From contig OZ024741.1 of the NCBI GenBank assembly GCA_964016885.1, positions 292,516,001 through 292,580,000 on the forward strand: 64,000 nt of DNA. Reading direction: 5' to 3'. This DNA is from Eledone cirrhosa. Taxonomy: Eukaryota. Both the position numbers and the translations under genes were made by a program. Positions 1-13,346 of this stretch are shown in pieces; the first letter of the stretch is position 1, and each line of letters begins with the position of its first letter. The notes under the pieces are model-generated. The model did no database searches. It saw only the letters and a list, made by a program, of their open reading frames with translations, and had not been told where the DNA came from.

Positions 1-416
1 TCCCTACCACCACAAACAAAATCACCACCACTACAACCAACACAACCACTAAAACCAACACAAATACCACCATTACTACCAACATCAACACCACTAGAAC
101 CAACACAACCACAACTACCAATACTACCAAAATCACCATCACTACAACCAACAAAAACAAAACTACTAAAATCACCACAATCACCACCACTACTGTCACA
201 AACACCATCACTATAACCATCACCATCACAACCACCACCACCACCACCACCAACACCAACACTACCACAACCACAACAATCACTATAACTACAACCATCA
301 CCACCACTACAACCACCATCACCACTACTACAAACACCATCACTACCACTATAACCACATCCATCACTTCAACCACCACCACAGCCATCACCACCCCTAC
401 AACCACAGCTACCACT
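1..416. repeat. Imperfect (ACC/ACT/ACA)n trinucleotide low-complexity tract
   Basis: Degenerate accaccacc/actacc/acaacc repeats throughout. Confidence 0.9.
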
Positions 417-909
417 AAAAAAGAACAATCATTCAAAAAATTATGAATATTGTTAATTTGACTCTCATTTTAAATTGATTCATTTAGATAGCAGGTATAA
501 TTTAATGAATTCCCTTTTAAATTAATCCACCTCATTAACTGACATAATTGGTAAAATTGTTCTGAGGTTTAATTTGCATAAATTGACTAAAGAGAAGAGA
601 AGAATCATTTTTAACAAATTAGTAATTTTAAGAAAATTTTAAGGAAGAATTCTTTTAAACTCTACAAAAGTATCAATCAATTATTGTCCTTTCTCCAACA
701 TATTGTGTCTTTTTATTATATTAGTGGTTGCCAAAATGTTTTCCCTACCAAGAAATATTTTTATTTAACTCTTTTCTAATGAAAACATTACCTATGGTTT
801 TCAAATAATTTTGAATATAATCAAGTAAGGGAGAGATTGATATATCAAAAGATGAAATAAGAAAACTTTGTATAAGGATAAAATATAATATACAAACAGC
901 ATCTCTTAT

Positions 910-1130
910 CCCTTTAGAATTTACATTACTCTATATTTACTATTGTATTTTCATGGCAAACACTTTATCTCACATAATTATCTCATTTAATATCAAATCT
1001 ATGAGATTTTGATATTATTTATTTTGAGAACAATACCTTAACATCAGTATGAGTGGCTAGTTACAGGCATTTTGAACAGAAAGAGGTGAGAGAATTCTGG
1101 CTGGATACAGCCAGTTTAAATGCTAAAGGG
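910..1130. mobile_element. Old piggyBac-like MITE
   Basis: TIRs CCCTTTAGAATTTA ... TAAATGCTAAAGGG (13/14 match), flanked by degenerate TTAA-like sites (ttat / tgaa). Confidence 0.55.
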
Positions 1131-2533
1131 TGAAGGGACAGTCTGCTACATGGTCCGGGTTAACAGAATGGAGAAGATATTGCCCAGAGGGTGGTGAGGG
1201 AGAAGTTGTAGAGATTTGTGTAGACAAGTTAGAGTGTTTGTTTTTGTTTTGAACCATTTCTGTTTCACCTTTGAAAAGAGGGTAGGAGCCCTGAAATACT
1301 ATATTGAAATATACTGGGTAAAAAACTACTTTGTCCTTTATATATTTCTTCCACAAATCTTTAAATATCTTGGTAGCCTACACTGTCTCAATGCTGGTGT
1401 ATCACAAACATTTAATTCTGTGGACAATAACAGCAAACGTTTTCAGGTCATTTTTCCCTACTAAAGTAGATGTTAGTTTTTGGGCTACGTAACAAGCTTT
1501 TGAATGTAATGTTATATATCTGGATGCTATTTCTGTTGTCACCCCTTTCAGTCAATCCTTATTATATACAGGGCAAACGGTGCATTTATTCTAAATGGAA
1601 TACACAAGTTTTAATCCATGGAAAATGCCCCCCCCCCCCCACACACACACACAAAAAAGACGTGTCATAAAAGTTTCAACAATACGAACTGCATATATGG
1701 CAATAGATCAGATTTAATAGGATTAAATTAATGTTTTTAGTGCTAGTGCTACCTTTAAGCCAAACAAGGCAGGCACCTAGGGTACAGACATCAGAGGGTC
1801 ACATTAGTTAATCTAAAAGGATCAGTTTGATACACATTTATACAATTAAATAAAATAAATAATATTCTCCTGTGCTCAATAAATAAATAAATATTTTTGC
1901 CATTTAACTGTGTTATGGAAATATTAAAAGTGGTAGAGAGTTATATGGTGTTATAACCTATTACATGATTTGGTGTGAGTGAGTGTGGACTGTGTAGTGG
2001 ACTGTGCAGGCTTAGTAATTTTCTTAGTGGTTTGGGGGCTAGAAGTGCCAAAAAGTGTGTCAGCTTACCAAACTGTGAGTTTGAATTATTTTATTTGGAA
2101 GAAGCAGGAGCATATCTAGGAGAAAGGCTTACATATTGTAGAACTAGCAAAGATCCTCAGTACCCAAGTACTGGCCTTGAGTGTTTAATAACATCATAGA
2201 GAAGTGTGGCCTAAGAATTGGCAGATGATGTTACAAGGAAGAGAGAGATGATAAATGACGCAATCGAACTAATACCGAACATATTTCTTAAATTATATTG
2301 ATGCAAGAATATCAAATACATATGTCTGTGGATTAAAAACAACTGAAGAATTGTCTGCCATAGCAATGAATTATTGTATTAAAAGATAAAAGACAGTCAT
2401 AGATTTTGTTTTGTTTCAATTTAGTTTTCCAATAATTGTCTTCTGATTTTTCCCTCACTAAATCTGTCAGTTTTGATTACTTTTCAAAAATATGCATATA
2501 TGTATATCTACAATTTAATCATTTCACATTCTT

Positions 2534-2727
2534 ATGTATGTATACATATATACACACACATATATATATGTGTGTGTGTGTGTGTGTATATATATGTATA
2601 TGTCTGTGTGTATGTGTGTGAGTGTATATATATATTATATATATATGTATATATATATATATTATATATATATTATATATATATGTGTATATATATATAT
2701 ATTATATATATATATATATTATATATA

Positions 2728-2758
<31 letters not shown>

Positions 2759-3004
2759 AACACACCAAGATTTACATCTCTGCCTCTTTTGGTCAGCACT
2801 CTCACTTTATTCTTCTACTCTTTCATTATTTCATTTCCCTCCCCTATTCCTTGTCTCACGTGAGTGAGACAATGAATATATACAAACACGCATACACACA
2901 CACACACACACGCACATATATACACACATATACGCACACATATATACACACATATATATATACACACACACATATATACACACACATAAACACACACATA
3001 TATC
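2534..3004. repeat. Compound (TA)n/(TG)n/(CA)n microsatellites
   Basis: Direct sequence. Confidence 0.9.
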
Positions 3005-3105
3005 CAAAATAGCTGACTGAATACATGTTTTTCATTCAATTTTTTTTAACTTCCTTCCTCTTCTCTCTCTCTATCTTTCTATTTCAGCTTTTATTTCTCA
3101 TTCTA

Positions 3106-3141
3106 TCTTCTGATGAAGGACTAGTGTTTGAAATGTTAAGA
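3106..3141 (+). ncRNA. Degenerate minimal type I hammerhead ribozyme in a PLE-type 3' end (the downstream part of this repeat recurs at ~10725-10790)
   Basis: Stem I TCTT/AAGA, core CTGATGA, short weak stem II, GAAA, then TGTT (probably CpG-decayed palindromic stem III AACGTT). Confidence 0.45.
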
Positions 3142-3255
3142 ATCTTTTCCTACTCTATCAAGCATTAAACTAACATATTTCTTCATTGTATTGTGTCGTT
3201 TGCTTTGATATTTCTATTTACTTTTTGCACACATATATATATATATATATATATA

Positions 3256-3447
3256 ATGAAGGAGGTGTGGTAAGGAACCAGAAGGACGATAACGCACCAG
3301 AGTACTCAATACTTAGGGTAGTGGAGTGGGTATTAGGAAAATGTTTAACCCCGATGTCAGAGCTCAAGCCTTTTCGGCGGCTTTTTCCGTCCAGAAATAG
3401 CTGTTGAAACAGCTTGAGCTCTGCCGTCGGGGTTAAACATTTTCCTA
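3256..3447 (-). mobile_element. Fold-back insert in (TA)n, PLE 3'-end family A (other copies at 28018-28150 and 29387-29581)
   Basis: Inverted arms 3334-3447 plus a one-sided tail 3256-3333; TA tracts on both sides; contains the 3' half of a hammerhead (GAAAC-RGC...GCC-GTC-GGGG). Confidence 0.7.
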
Positions 3448-3936
3448 TATATATATATATATATATATATTTGTGCATGTGTGCATGTATGTATCTCAAC
3501 AGTATGTGCATATTTGTAATTTATTAGCCCAAAAGACAAAATGTTTTTTTTTATATTACCACATTTCCTTCTCTGTGTATATATAGGTGTATGTGCAAGT
3601 GTGCATAAGAATACAGCTATGTTTGTGTATGTATGAATATATGTATGTATAAGCACTTGCGCACACATGCACACACACACACACATATACAGTTAGCTAT
3701 AGATATATATTTATTCATTTTCATATACACACACAAACACACATGCGCGCACATATATATGTATATATTTGCACATGTGTATCAATAATGTATGTATGTT
3801 AGCTGTATGTGTATGTGTAACATAAATACACCCATGTACATACATACATACATATATATATATGTAAATATACAGCTAGCTATAGATATATATTCTTACA
3901 TTTACACACTCGCACACACATGCATATATGTATATG

Positions 3937-3974
<38 letters not shown>

Positions 3975-4357
3975 CACACACATATATGCATACACATATA
4001 TATATATATCCATATATGTGCATTTGTGATAGAAATTATGGAATCTATTTATTATCCCAAAATATCGATACACAAATGTCTTTTCGCAAAGAATTTGGTA
4101 AATTCATTTCACTTTATAAAGATTATTATTGTAGACATATTCCATAAATGTATTGCTTTTTGAAATATTTTCTAAAAATTTCTTTATTTTTTAAATCCAT
4201 TCTTAGACTATTGTGAAGCTGAAATTCATGAATCACCTTTTGTTAAGCTATGCTTAAGTGTATGCTTTCAAAGGCATTTCTATTATAAGAAATAATAAGG
4301 TATTATTTATGATAATAATAATAATGATGAGGTATTATTTATAATAATGATAATAAT

Positions 4358-4928
4358 TGTTTCTACTTTAGGCACAAGGCCAGCAATTGGGAAGAGGAGG
4401 GCAAGGTTGATTAAATTGCTCCCAGTGCGTTACTGGTGCTTCATTTTATCGACCCTGTAAAGATGAAAGGCAAAGCTAACCTTTCATGCTCACGGAATAA
4501 TAATGTTTTTACTTTAGGCACAAGGCCCGCAATTTGAAGGGGAGGGGAAAGTCGATTAAATCGATCCCAGTGCATTACTGATGCTTTATTTTATCGACCC
4601 CGTAAGGTTGAAAGGCAAAACTAACCTCAGTGGGATTTGAACTCAAAACATAAAGGACTGTAACTCTATGCTGCAAAGCAGGGTGTCTTGCGCTCTACCA
4701 ATACTGCCTATAATGATTTCTAGTATAGGCACAAGGCCAGTAATTTGGGGGAGGGGAAAGTCGATTAAATCAACCTCAATACGTTACTGGTGCTTTATTT
4801 TATCGACCCCATAAAGATGAAAGGCAAAGTTAACCTTGGTGGAATTTGAACTCAGTTCACAAAGGGTCATAACTCTTTGCTGCAAAGCATGGCATCCAAC
4901 CCTCTACCAATACTGCCAATCAACCGCC
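4358..4928 (-). mobile_element. Three tandem copies of tRNA-derived SINE family 1
   Basis: Repeated tttcta(c/g)t.taggcacaaggcc...tttatcgaccc.gtaa.gatgaaaggcaaag.taacc...gatttgaactca; the minus strand reads A-box TGGCAGTATTGGT and B-box GAGTTCAAATCC. Confidence 0.8.
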
Positions 4929-5433
4929 AATCTAAACTATAATAAAGCAAGGGCTGCGGAACTGCGTACGGTTGATTTCTTTTAATCCAGTTAGTAAAAA
5001 AGTAATGAATGAATATTACATAATTTATGTGGTAAATTTTGTAAACAAATAATTTCGTAAAAATAAATAATCTAAAATGAACTTCTTTTCAAATCAAAGT
5101 TGCACTTCCGGTATATCGCTGCCACCACCACCACTTCAACTACCATATATATATAGAAAGAGGGAGTGTGTGATGAGAGAGATAGAGAGATTATGACTTT
5201 CTACATGCTGACATCTTTATGTATGAGTATATAACTATAATCACGCAAACACAAACTTATAAAAATACACTCACGGACATAATTTACACAAATACACATA
5301 CATTCACACAAACATACATATACAGTCATGATAGCGTTCGATTTAATTGGAAATGGGAGGGTAAAACAAGTATAACGTTTTATTTATTTATTAACTCTTT
5401 ATTTATTTATTAACTCTTTTTTTTAAACTCATT

Positions 5434-5962
5434 TAATACACCACACACAAATCGTCTTCCGAAGTTAGTGAAGCTATTATTAATCCTCCGTATTGAAGTT
5501 GATTCAATCGACTTTCCCCTCCCCAAAAATTACTGGCCTTGCCTATACTAGAAATCATTATTGCGCACTTCGGACCAGACTTCTCGCATGCGCAGTATGG
5601 ACGAGCCTTCGCGCATGTGCAATACTGACCAGCATTTGCGCATGCGCAGTACGGACCAGCCTTCGTACATGCCCAGTATGGACCAGACTTCACGCATGCG
5701 CAATACGGACCAAACTTTGTGCATGCGCACTTCAGACCAGACGTCACGCATGCACAGTACGGACCAGCCGTCACGTATGAGCACTTTGGACCAGACTTCA
5801 CCTGTATATATGTCTATATATAATAGATATATTTGTCTGTGTGTGTCCGTTAGCTGTATTATTGCATTTCATGAATTACAAAGAATTTGCAGGTTACTTC
5901 ACCCAGGGAGGATTAATAATAGCGTCACTAACTTCGGAAGACAATTTGTGAGTGGTGTAGTG
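5434..5962. mobile_element. Non-autonomous CACTA/CMC-type element nested in the Helitron array
   Basis: ~55-bp TIRs (tacaccacacacaaatcgtcttccgaagttagtgaagctattattaatcctcc and its inverse at ~5907-5960); the right end reads CACTACA on the minus strand; the left end is mutated; no clear TSD. Confidence 0.6.
5562..5802. repeat. 30-bp GC-rich minisatellite, about 8 copies (cgcatgcgcagtacggaccagacttc-like)
   Basis: 10-aa periodicity in the overlapping ORFs; repeated CGCATGCGCA and GGACCAG motifs. Confidence 0.9.
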
Positions 5963-6099
5963 TCGTATGTGTGTGTGTATATATAAAAATATATATATGT
6001 GTGTGTGTGTGTCTGCATCAGACATAATTTATATGTTATTACATTTATATATATCTAATCAATGGGCGTACAACAGTGCTTAATCTAAACTATAATAAA

Positions 6100-7012
6100 G
6101 TACGTCATGGTGTTAGACCACAAATAGTTGAGGCAACCATCAAGAGATCATATCTCTGGGACTATGTGGAAACCATAGAGATGACAACCAATCAGCAGTT
6201 AATTAATGCAGAGGATTCTGATGAAAGACAGTTTGCAAACTACCATCTTGATGTGGGAAATGGTAACATTCCAACTGTTCCAACTGTAGGCGCATTCATA
6301 ATTCTTCTGCCAAATGAACTTTGTCTAGAATATGGTAATGTGTCTGGACTGTGTGATTTTGTGTATACAAATCTTCCAGGAAACTACACAAACCCACTAT
6401 GGCTTGCAAATAGAGCCATTATCACTCCAACAAATGATGCAGCAAGATTGGTGATGAGTTCATGGTCAACAAGTTCCCTGGTCATGAAATAATCTACAGA
6501 AGCTCTGATACAGTAGATAATGAACTGCAATATCCAATTGAGTTCATCAACAAACTTACCCCAACAGGCTTCCCAACACACATACTTAAACTGAAGAAAG
6601 GCAGTTGCATCATGCTTCTGAGAAATCCGGATCCTCTAAACGGACATTGCAATGGTACACGCTACATCATCATCAGTTTACATAATCATGTAATTGAAGC
6701 TGAAGTGGCATTGGGTCCCAATGCTGGAACAAGGTTGCTAATCCCAAGGATACAATGTGTCTCAAGAGCTTGAGTTCCCTTTCACCTTTACTCGCAAGCA
6801 ATTTCCTGTCAAACCAGCCTTTGCCCTTACATGCAACAAGGCACAAGGGCAGACATTTGAAAAGATAGGTGTATATCTACCAACACAATTCTTCTCACAT
6901 GGTCAGATGTATGTTGCATTATCACGAGTTATAAAAAAAGAAAATATAAAAATATTAAATGAAAGGGGGTTTGTTTGCTGACAACTGTGTCTACAAAGAA
7001 AATCTAGAGTGA
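6100..7012 (+). pseudogene. Helitron PIF1-family helicase C-terminal half, frameshifted
   Basis: Motifs across three ORFs: RAIITPTN, PTGFPTHILKLKKG..IMLLRN, CNGTR, RKQFPVKPAFALTCNKAQGQT, FSHGQMYVALSRV. Confidence 0.95.
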
Positions 7013-8047
7013 TGTGAAACAGCTATCCCTCTCTTTTAGTTGAAATGCATTTCAGTTACTTTTTAACTGCTAGAAAAGGGACACTACAAAAACTTAAGAA
7101 GTCTATATGTGAATACAGTAAAACAACAATATAGTGAAGGTCAACTCTTCATATTGGTAAATGTAATTCATTCATTCATACCAGCAGCATCTATTTTCAA
7201 ATTCACTGCTTGAAGCTTCCCATTGACATTCTCAAGTGAAGATTCATGAACATTTTCCGTCAACAGTTTCATTGCTTTTCCATCTCCATTATCGCCTTTT
7301 TTTTTAAATGTATCATGGATTACTTTACTGATTACAGAAGTAAGTGTAACACAGTTTATGTGCATATTGTCAATTTACGTATTATATCAATGTGCATATA
7401 TATTTGCGTATATCAATATACACACTATATATGCTAGCAAAAAACCGTCCGGTAGACGGTTCTTATGCTAGTAACTAAAATAAAGTGAGGAGTGCGGGAC
7501 TGCATTCTGAATATATTTTTTTTATCCCGTTAGTAAAATAATTTAGATTACTTTGAATAAATAATGAATGAATATTACATAATTTATCTACTAAATTTCG
7601 TAGTTGTTGATTAAACATAAATATTCTTATATATAATGATTGCTTATTTTAAGATTCACTTCTTTAAAATTTTCAAATGTCAACACTTCCGGTTAGCGTC
7701 CGTTATATCATAACACTTATTATATCGCTTATATAAACACCCATATATTTACATCGTTATATAAGCTTTCATTACATATTTCATTGTAATTCAGTTTATA
7801 TATAATATCGTCTTATTTAAATGTATCATGGATTACGTTACTGATTACAGAAGAGGGTGTAACACAGTCTCTCTTCAAATTCTGTGCATACTGTAAATTA
7901 CGATTTTATTTGACATATATCTACATGCATGTGTATTTGCATATGATAGAAATATGCACATTACACATACTAGCAGAAAACCGCCAGAGGGTGTTTTTTC
8001 TGCTAGTATATATAATCCACTGCCATCCACCGCTAGTATATATAATA

Positions 8048-8242
8048 ATTGTTTCTAATTTTGGCACAAGGCCAGCAATTACCCAGTGTATTACTGGTAC
8101 TTTATTTTATTGACCCTGTAAGGATGAAAGGCAAAGTTAACCTCGGCTGGATTTGAACTCAGAATGGCAAGGGCCGTAACTCTATGTCAAAGCATGGCGT
8201 CCGACCCTCTACCGATACTGCCAATCCACTGCCATCAACCGC
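8048..8242 (-). mobile_element. tRNA-derived SINE family 1
   Basis: Same core as 4358-4928, including A and B boxes on the minus strand. Confidence 0.8.
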
Positions 8243-8246
8243 TATT

Positions 8247-8548
8247 AATCGAAAGGTTGTGAGTTCAATTCTCAGACCGGGTGATGTGTTGTTTCCTTGA
8301 GCAAGACACTTTATTTCACATTGCTCCAGTTTACTCAGCTGTAGAAATGAGATGATAGGGACTGGGGTCCCTATCATTCCACTGCAAAGTGGACGTGTAG
8401 GCGCCACGGCAAAAAAGCACCCAGCACTCACTGTAAATGAGGTTGGTGTTAGGAAGGGCATCCAGCTGTAGAAATCAAGCCAGAATCAGTTCCCGTCCCA
8501 CCCTTGCAAGCAGGGAAAAGCGGACGTAAAATGAAATGAATGATGAAT
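8247..8548 (+). mobile_element. tRNA-derived SINE family 2 (5'-truncated) with RTE-like tail
   Basis: gagttcaattc B-box, ccttgagcaagacactt core, ggtgttaggaagggcatccagctgtagaaa, and ggacgtaaaatga(atga)n tail. Confidence 0.75.
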
Positions 8549-8715
8549 GATATATGTGTAAATATATATCCTTCTCCTCATCCTCTTTGTACATCTGTTT
8601 TCCAATGTTGTAAGTATTTAGATGTGTGTATGTGTGTGTATATGTGTGTATATATGTCTGTATCTATGTCTGTATATATGTGTATATGTATGTGTGTGTA
8701 TATATATATATATAT

Positions 8716-8988
8716 GGAGGCACATGGCTTAGTGGTTTGAGCATTGGCCTTGCAATCGAAAGGTTGTGAGTTCATTTCTCAGACCGGGTGATGTGTTGTT
8801 TCCTTGACACATTCCACTGCAAAGTGGTCATGGAGGTGCCACGACAAAAAAAGCACCCAGCACTCACTGTAAATGAGGTTGGTGTTAGGAAGGGCATCCA
8901 GCTGTAGAAATCAAGCCAGAATCAGTTCCCGTCCCACCCTTGCAAGCAGGGAAAAGCAGACGTAAAATGAAATGATGAATGATGATGA
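8716..8988 (+). mobile_element. tRNA-derived SINE family 2 (internally deleted)
   Basis: A-box TGGCTTAGTGG and B-box; 3' part near-identical to 8247-8548; (GAT)n tail. Confidence 0.8.
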
Positions 8989-9094
8989 TTTGTATATATA
9001 TGTGTGTATGTGTTTATATATATATATATACGTATATATATATGTGTGTATATATATATATATGTATGTGTTTATGTATGTATATATATATGTG

Positions 9095-9153
<59 letters not shown>

Positions 9154-9367
9154 TTGTATGGTACCCCAGCATGGCCTCAGCCGGCTGGCTGGAACAGGTA
9201 AAAGAGGTATTTATATATATATACACACACACTGATTCCTGAGTGTGTTCAAACTATCTCCTAAAACAGCATAAGTATAACTGACTGTTAGCTTATTTTT
9301 AACAGTTAATACACCTCATTAGTTTCTTGTTGGAGAATAATAGCTGCTAGCTGTGTCTATGGTGATG

Positions 9368-9930
9368 ATCATTATCATCATTGTTTTTATGTCTGTTTTT
9401 CCATGCTTGCATGAGTGAGATGTGTTGTTCTCAGCATGGCATCTCTCCATACATCATGACCCTTTGTCATTTCCTCTGTGGGTCTCAGTGATTTGAGGTC
9501 AGCTATCACAAACTCTGCCCAGGTATTTCTAGGTATACCTCTACTGCGGCTTCCTTCTACTGGCATTTCCTGGCAGTTCTTCAATCACCCAGTGGTCATT
9601 ATCATGGGCATCACATGCCCAAACCAATGCAGTCTTCTCTCCTGCACACCAACTTGGATTCCTCTTAAACCCAGCTTTTCCCTCAACTCATCCAAGCTCT
9701 GATTTTCTCTCTCACTCATATTGCACATCTAATGGAGCACGGGTGTTTCATTTCTCTTCAGGCTACACATGTCCTCTGCAATCAAAGTCCAGCATCACAC
9801 TTTGGACACAAGCATCATACAGTCGTCCTTTTGTACGTAGGAAGAAACCTTTTTGTGGTCAACAGTGGGATTAGCACTCTGAATTTTTTCCATCCTATCC
9901 TTATTCTACCTATTATGCTCTCATAGTACC
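9368..9930 (-). mobile_element. RTE-clade LINE 3' fragment, decayed
   Basis: Minus-strand peptide MPVEGSRSRGIPRNTW..DLK resembles the RTE C-terminal G.R.RGRP..TW motif; the 3' UTR matches the SINE family 2 tail (gcaagcatggaaaa...gac). Confidence 0.7.
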
Positions 9931-9977
9931 CTCTTGAGTGTGTATGTATACATGTGTGTGTGTATATTTATACATTC

Positions 9978-10042
<65 letters not shown>

Positions 10043-10385
10043 ACACACACACATATATAGGATAAGTTATCATTTAAGGTAATCCAGTTAGAGGTTGTGA
10101 GTACTCTGTACTGTGGATAGTTTTAACGTACAGCATTGTTTGACTCAACAAGAAGTTTCCTTAGTTAGGTAGCGAGTTTACAAGAATTCCCATGCAGTGA
10201 TTCTTGGAGTAATAATAGTGAAGGAGTGAGACACACACTGTATTTAAGGTCGAGTGACATAATTTCTAATGATTAGCGGCCTTTAGACTTATTTGTTAAT
10301 ACTGTAAATAAAACTCTTTTTGTACAGCCAACCATGTTATTCTTCACTCTTTCACTATATATATCGATAGATAGATAGATAGATA

Positions 10386-10492
10386 CAGTGAAATTCCGTT
10401 ATAATGAAATTCACGGGTTATGAAAAATAATTACCTCAGTGATGGAAAAATATTTTGTTATAATGGTATTCATTATAATGGAATTTTACCTG
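10386..10492. mobile_element. Tc1/mariner (pogo/Tigger-like) MITE
   Basis: TA-flanked TIRs CAGTGAAATTCCGTTATAATGAA ... TTCATTATAATGGAATTTTACCTG. Confidence 0.7.
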
Positions 10493-10818
10493 TATATATT
10501 AAACAAAGAAATATACTTGAAAATATTGATTTGAATGTGTTGTTTTTTTACCTTCTACGTTTAGTTCTAATAGAATTTTTAATCTTTGTTTTTGTTTTTC
10601 TTTTTAGCTTACAAATATGAAAATTAGCTTTACCAAACATCATTTAAGAACCATGCACACACACATACACACACACACATATAAATATATATTATTTACA
10701 CACAGATATACTCTTTTATTAATATATCAAGCATTAAACTAATGTTTCTTTATTGTACTGTGCTGTTTGCTTTGTTATTTCTATTTACATTTTACTTCCA
10801 TACATTACATACATATAT

Positions 10819-10881
<63 letters not shown>

Positions 10882-10976
10882 CTGTGTATTTGTAGTAAAT
10901 AATACGTAGCTGTGAAAAATAGATATGGTCAATATTGGGCCTTTGAAACCTTAGGTAGAACTTAAATAATATATAT

Positions 10977-11305
10977 CATCATCATTACCCTCATCGTTTA
11001 ACGTCTCTTTATCCATGCTGGCATGGGTTAGACGAGTTGCTCATACAGAACTGGTTTTGGCTTGGTTTCTATGGTTGGAATCCCTTCCTAACATCAACCA
11101 CATTTACAGTGTGTACTGAGTGCATTTTGTCATGACACCTATATGACCACGTTACAGAGCAGGCTGTGTGTTCTTTTTCATGGCACCTACACGACCACTT
11201 TACTATGTGGGCTGGGAGTTTTTGTCGTGACACCTACACAACCACTTCACAGTGTGGACCGGGTGCTTTTTGTTGTGTCACCATCGCAACAACTTGATAG
11301 TGTGG
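10977..11305 (-). mobile_element. SINE family 2 / RTE-tail fragment with internal ~48-bp tandem repeats
   Basis: catcgtttaacgtc...ccatgct...catgggttagacg...cccttcctaac; repeated 'cacctacacgaccac...acagtgtgg' units. Confidence 0.6.
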
Positions 11306-11519
11306 GATGAGGGCTTGGGGTGGAGGTAGGGGGGTTGGAGAGGTTGATCTAGGTGTGTGTCTGAGAGGTGGAGAGTTTGGGCATGGGTGGCGTTTTATGA
11401 TGCGGGAGGTACAAGAAGGGGATGGATGTGAACAAAAGGAAGGGTGTTAGGATGTGGAGGTGTATGCTTGAAGGTGTATACTTGAAGGTGTATGCTTGAA
11501 GATGTATGCTTGAAACGTG

Positions 11520-12116
11520 CACATGGGAAGGTGGGTTTTCTGTATTAATGCATAATGCCAGAGATCTTGATCCTGTGTCATTGCTTTCGAGAGTTGCAGT
11601 TGAACAAGGTCAGCTGTGATCACCTTATTCCAAGTATTCCTAGGTTTTCCTATACTATAGTTTCCATCAACTTTAAGCACCCTTGTACCTTTTTATACAG
11701 CTGTCATCCTTCATATGCATCACATGTAAATACCAACACATTCTCCTCTCCTGCACACTGCACATGATCCCTCAGTTCATCTATACTTTGCTGTTCATGT
11801 ATATTACTATTCACATCCATCAAAGTAAGGAAGCTTCATTTCTTTCCAATCTTTATTGGTCCTCTGCGCACAGTGCCCAGCTGTCACTGCTATGCAACAC
11901 TGCTGTTTGTATACATGTATCATACGATCCTCTCCTCATTTCGAGGGAAAAAACCTTTTATGGTTAGCAGCAGTAGTAACTCCCTGAACTTTCTCCATCC
12001 TTCTCTCACTCTTGCTACAGTACTTTCGGAACATCCATCTCCCCTGCTGGTTTGTTCGCCCAAGTTATGAAAATTATCAACTACTTCTACCAAGCCTTCT
12101 GCTCCTGTCCAACAAC
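11520..12116 (-). mobile_element. RTE-clade LINE 3' fragment, decayed
   Basis: Minus-strand peptides CSESTVARVREGWRKFRELL and GKPRNTWNKVI..DL. Confidence 0.7.
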
Positions 12117-12717
12117 CACTATATATATATGAGAGAGAGAGAGAGGGAGAGAGAGAGGTACACACATATATTGACATACAGAGATAGCATTTCTGATGAC
12201 TAAATACTTGAAACTGTTTTTACAAATTCATTTAGTGGTAGTCTTTATTTATCTATCTAATACTCTCCCATCAGTATTGGGTAGTTTTGACCAATCAGGC
12301 ACACACATCAACACACATGTGAACACACACATATATAAGTTTGATAGGTTTGGGTCAGCAGTGGCCTAGCTATACCTACCTTAGTAGCACCATCTGGTGA
12401 AGTTATATTTTTGGGAGGCTGCAAGAAGTTGTTCCAGCTGAATCTTGTCCAGGAGGAACAAAAATAACCTCCACACTGTTTGAGGGCATTGTGTTTGTAT
12501 TTTAGCGCATGCTAAAGGAAGCAACTTCAAGTGAATGATGGCTGTAATGTTGGAGGCAGCGATGACACTGTTGATATATCATTGCTGTCATGACTACCAA
12601 CCTTATTGTTCTAACTCAAAGTAATTAAATATGTTTGAAAGCAGAGGCAACAGAAAAGAGTTCCAGCTTGATCTTGCCAACAAAATCTTCATACAGTTTA
12701 AATACCCAAGTCTCCAA

Positions 12718-12895
12718 TTGTGTTATGGTTGTGTTGTAATGGTTGTGTTGTAATGGTTGTGTTGTAATGGTTGTGTTGTAATGGTTGTATTGTGATGGCT
12801 GCATTGTGATGGCTGAATTGCGATGGCTGCATTGTGGCATAGCATGTGTTGTGAAGGTTATGTTATGACAGTTGCATTGAGATGGTTGTGTTGTA
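12718..12895. repeat. 14-bp minisatellite (tgtaatggttgtgt)n, degenerate
   Basis: Direct sequence. Confidence 0.8.
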
Positions 12896-13346
12896 ATTTA
12901 ATGTGGATGGTTAGATTTTTTAAACTTTAATACCTGTATGTATAACTTTTCAATTCCAATTACTTGTGGCAAGCCAACTTTGATATGTAAAATTGCGGTT
13001 TGCTGTGTATTCTAATTTTTTTGTGTATGAGGGGCCCCTCCAAACCTGTAGTGCCCTAGGCTCCCCAAGGTCTAAATCCAGCCCTGTCTAGGGACTTATA
13101 GGCTCTGTTATTGTTAGATTATTTTCTGCAGTAAAAGAATATGGAAAAGTTACTAATTCAATTCAATTTTCAGGTGCATGTATCCCCGTAACTGTATTTT
13201 CATTTGTGCCTGTGTCCTTCAAGTTGCAGTTTGACAAAAATGAGATCAATTAAATAAACACCAGACTTGAAAAAAAGAAATCATAGTGTTGTCCCAGCAT
13301 GGTTGCAGTGAAACCATTACAAGAATAAAAGAATACATAGTGTATA

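Larger units (their letters stand above)
4931..8006 (+). mobile_element. Composite/tandem Helitron array
   Basis: 5' TCTAAACTATAATAAAG motif at 4931 and 6084, degenerate at 7473; 3' hairpin AACCGTC-cggta-GACGGTT followed by CTAG|T at 7468-7472; second CTAG|T end near 8006; internal helicase remnants. Confidence 0.75.

Noticed and set aside
5562-5802. Regular 30-bp repeats as a CRISPR array
   Set aside because: Contiguous tandem units without unique spacers, no cas genes, eukaryotic context.
8716-8790. tRNA genes at SINE heads (also 19165 and 28390)
   Set aside because: A and B boxes are present, but there is no full cloverleaf and they continue into SINE cores.
10056-10360. Possible solo LTR (TATAG...CTATA ends, TATA-like and AATAAA motifs)
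   Set aside because: No second copy, PBS or clear TSD in the window; too weak to call.
13030-13087. hAT-like terminus (taaatccagccctg)
   Set aside because: No matching second TIR or TSD identified.
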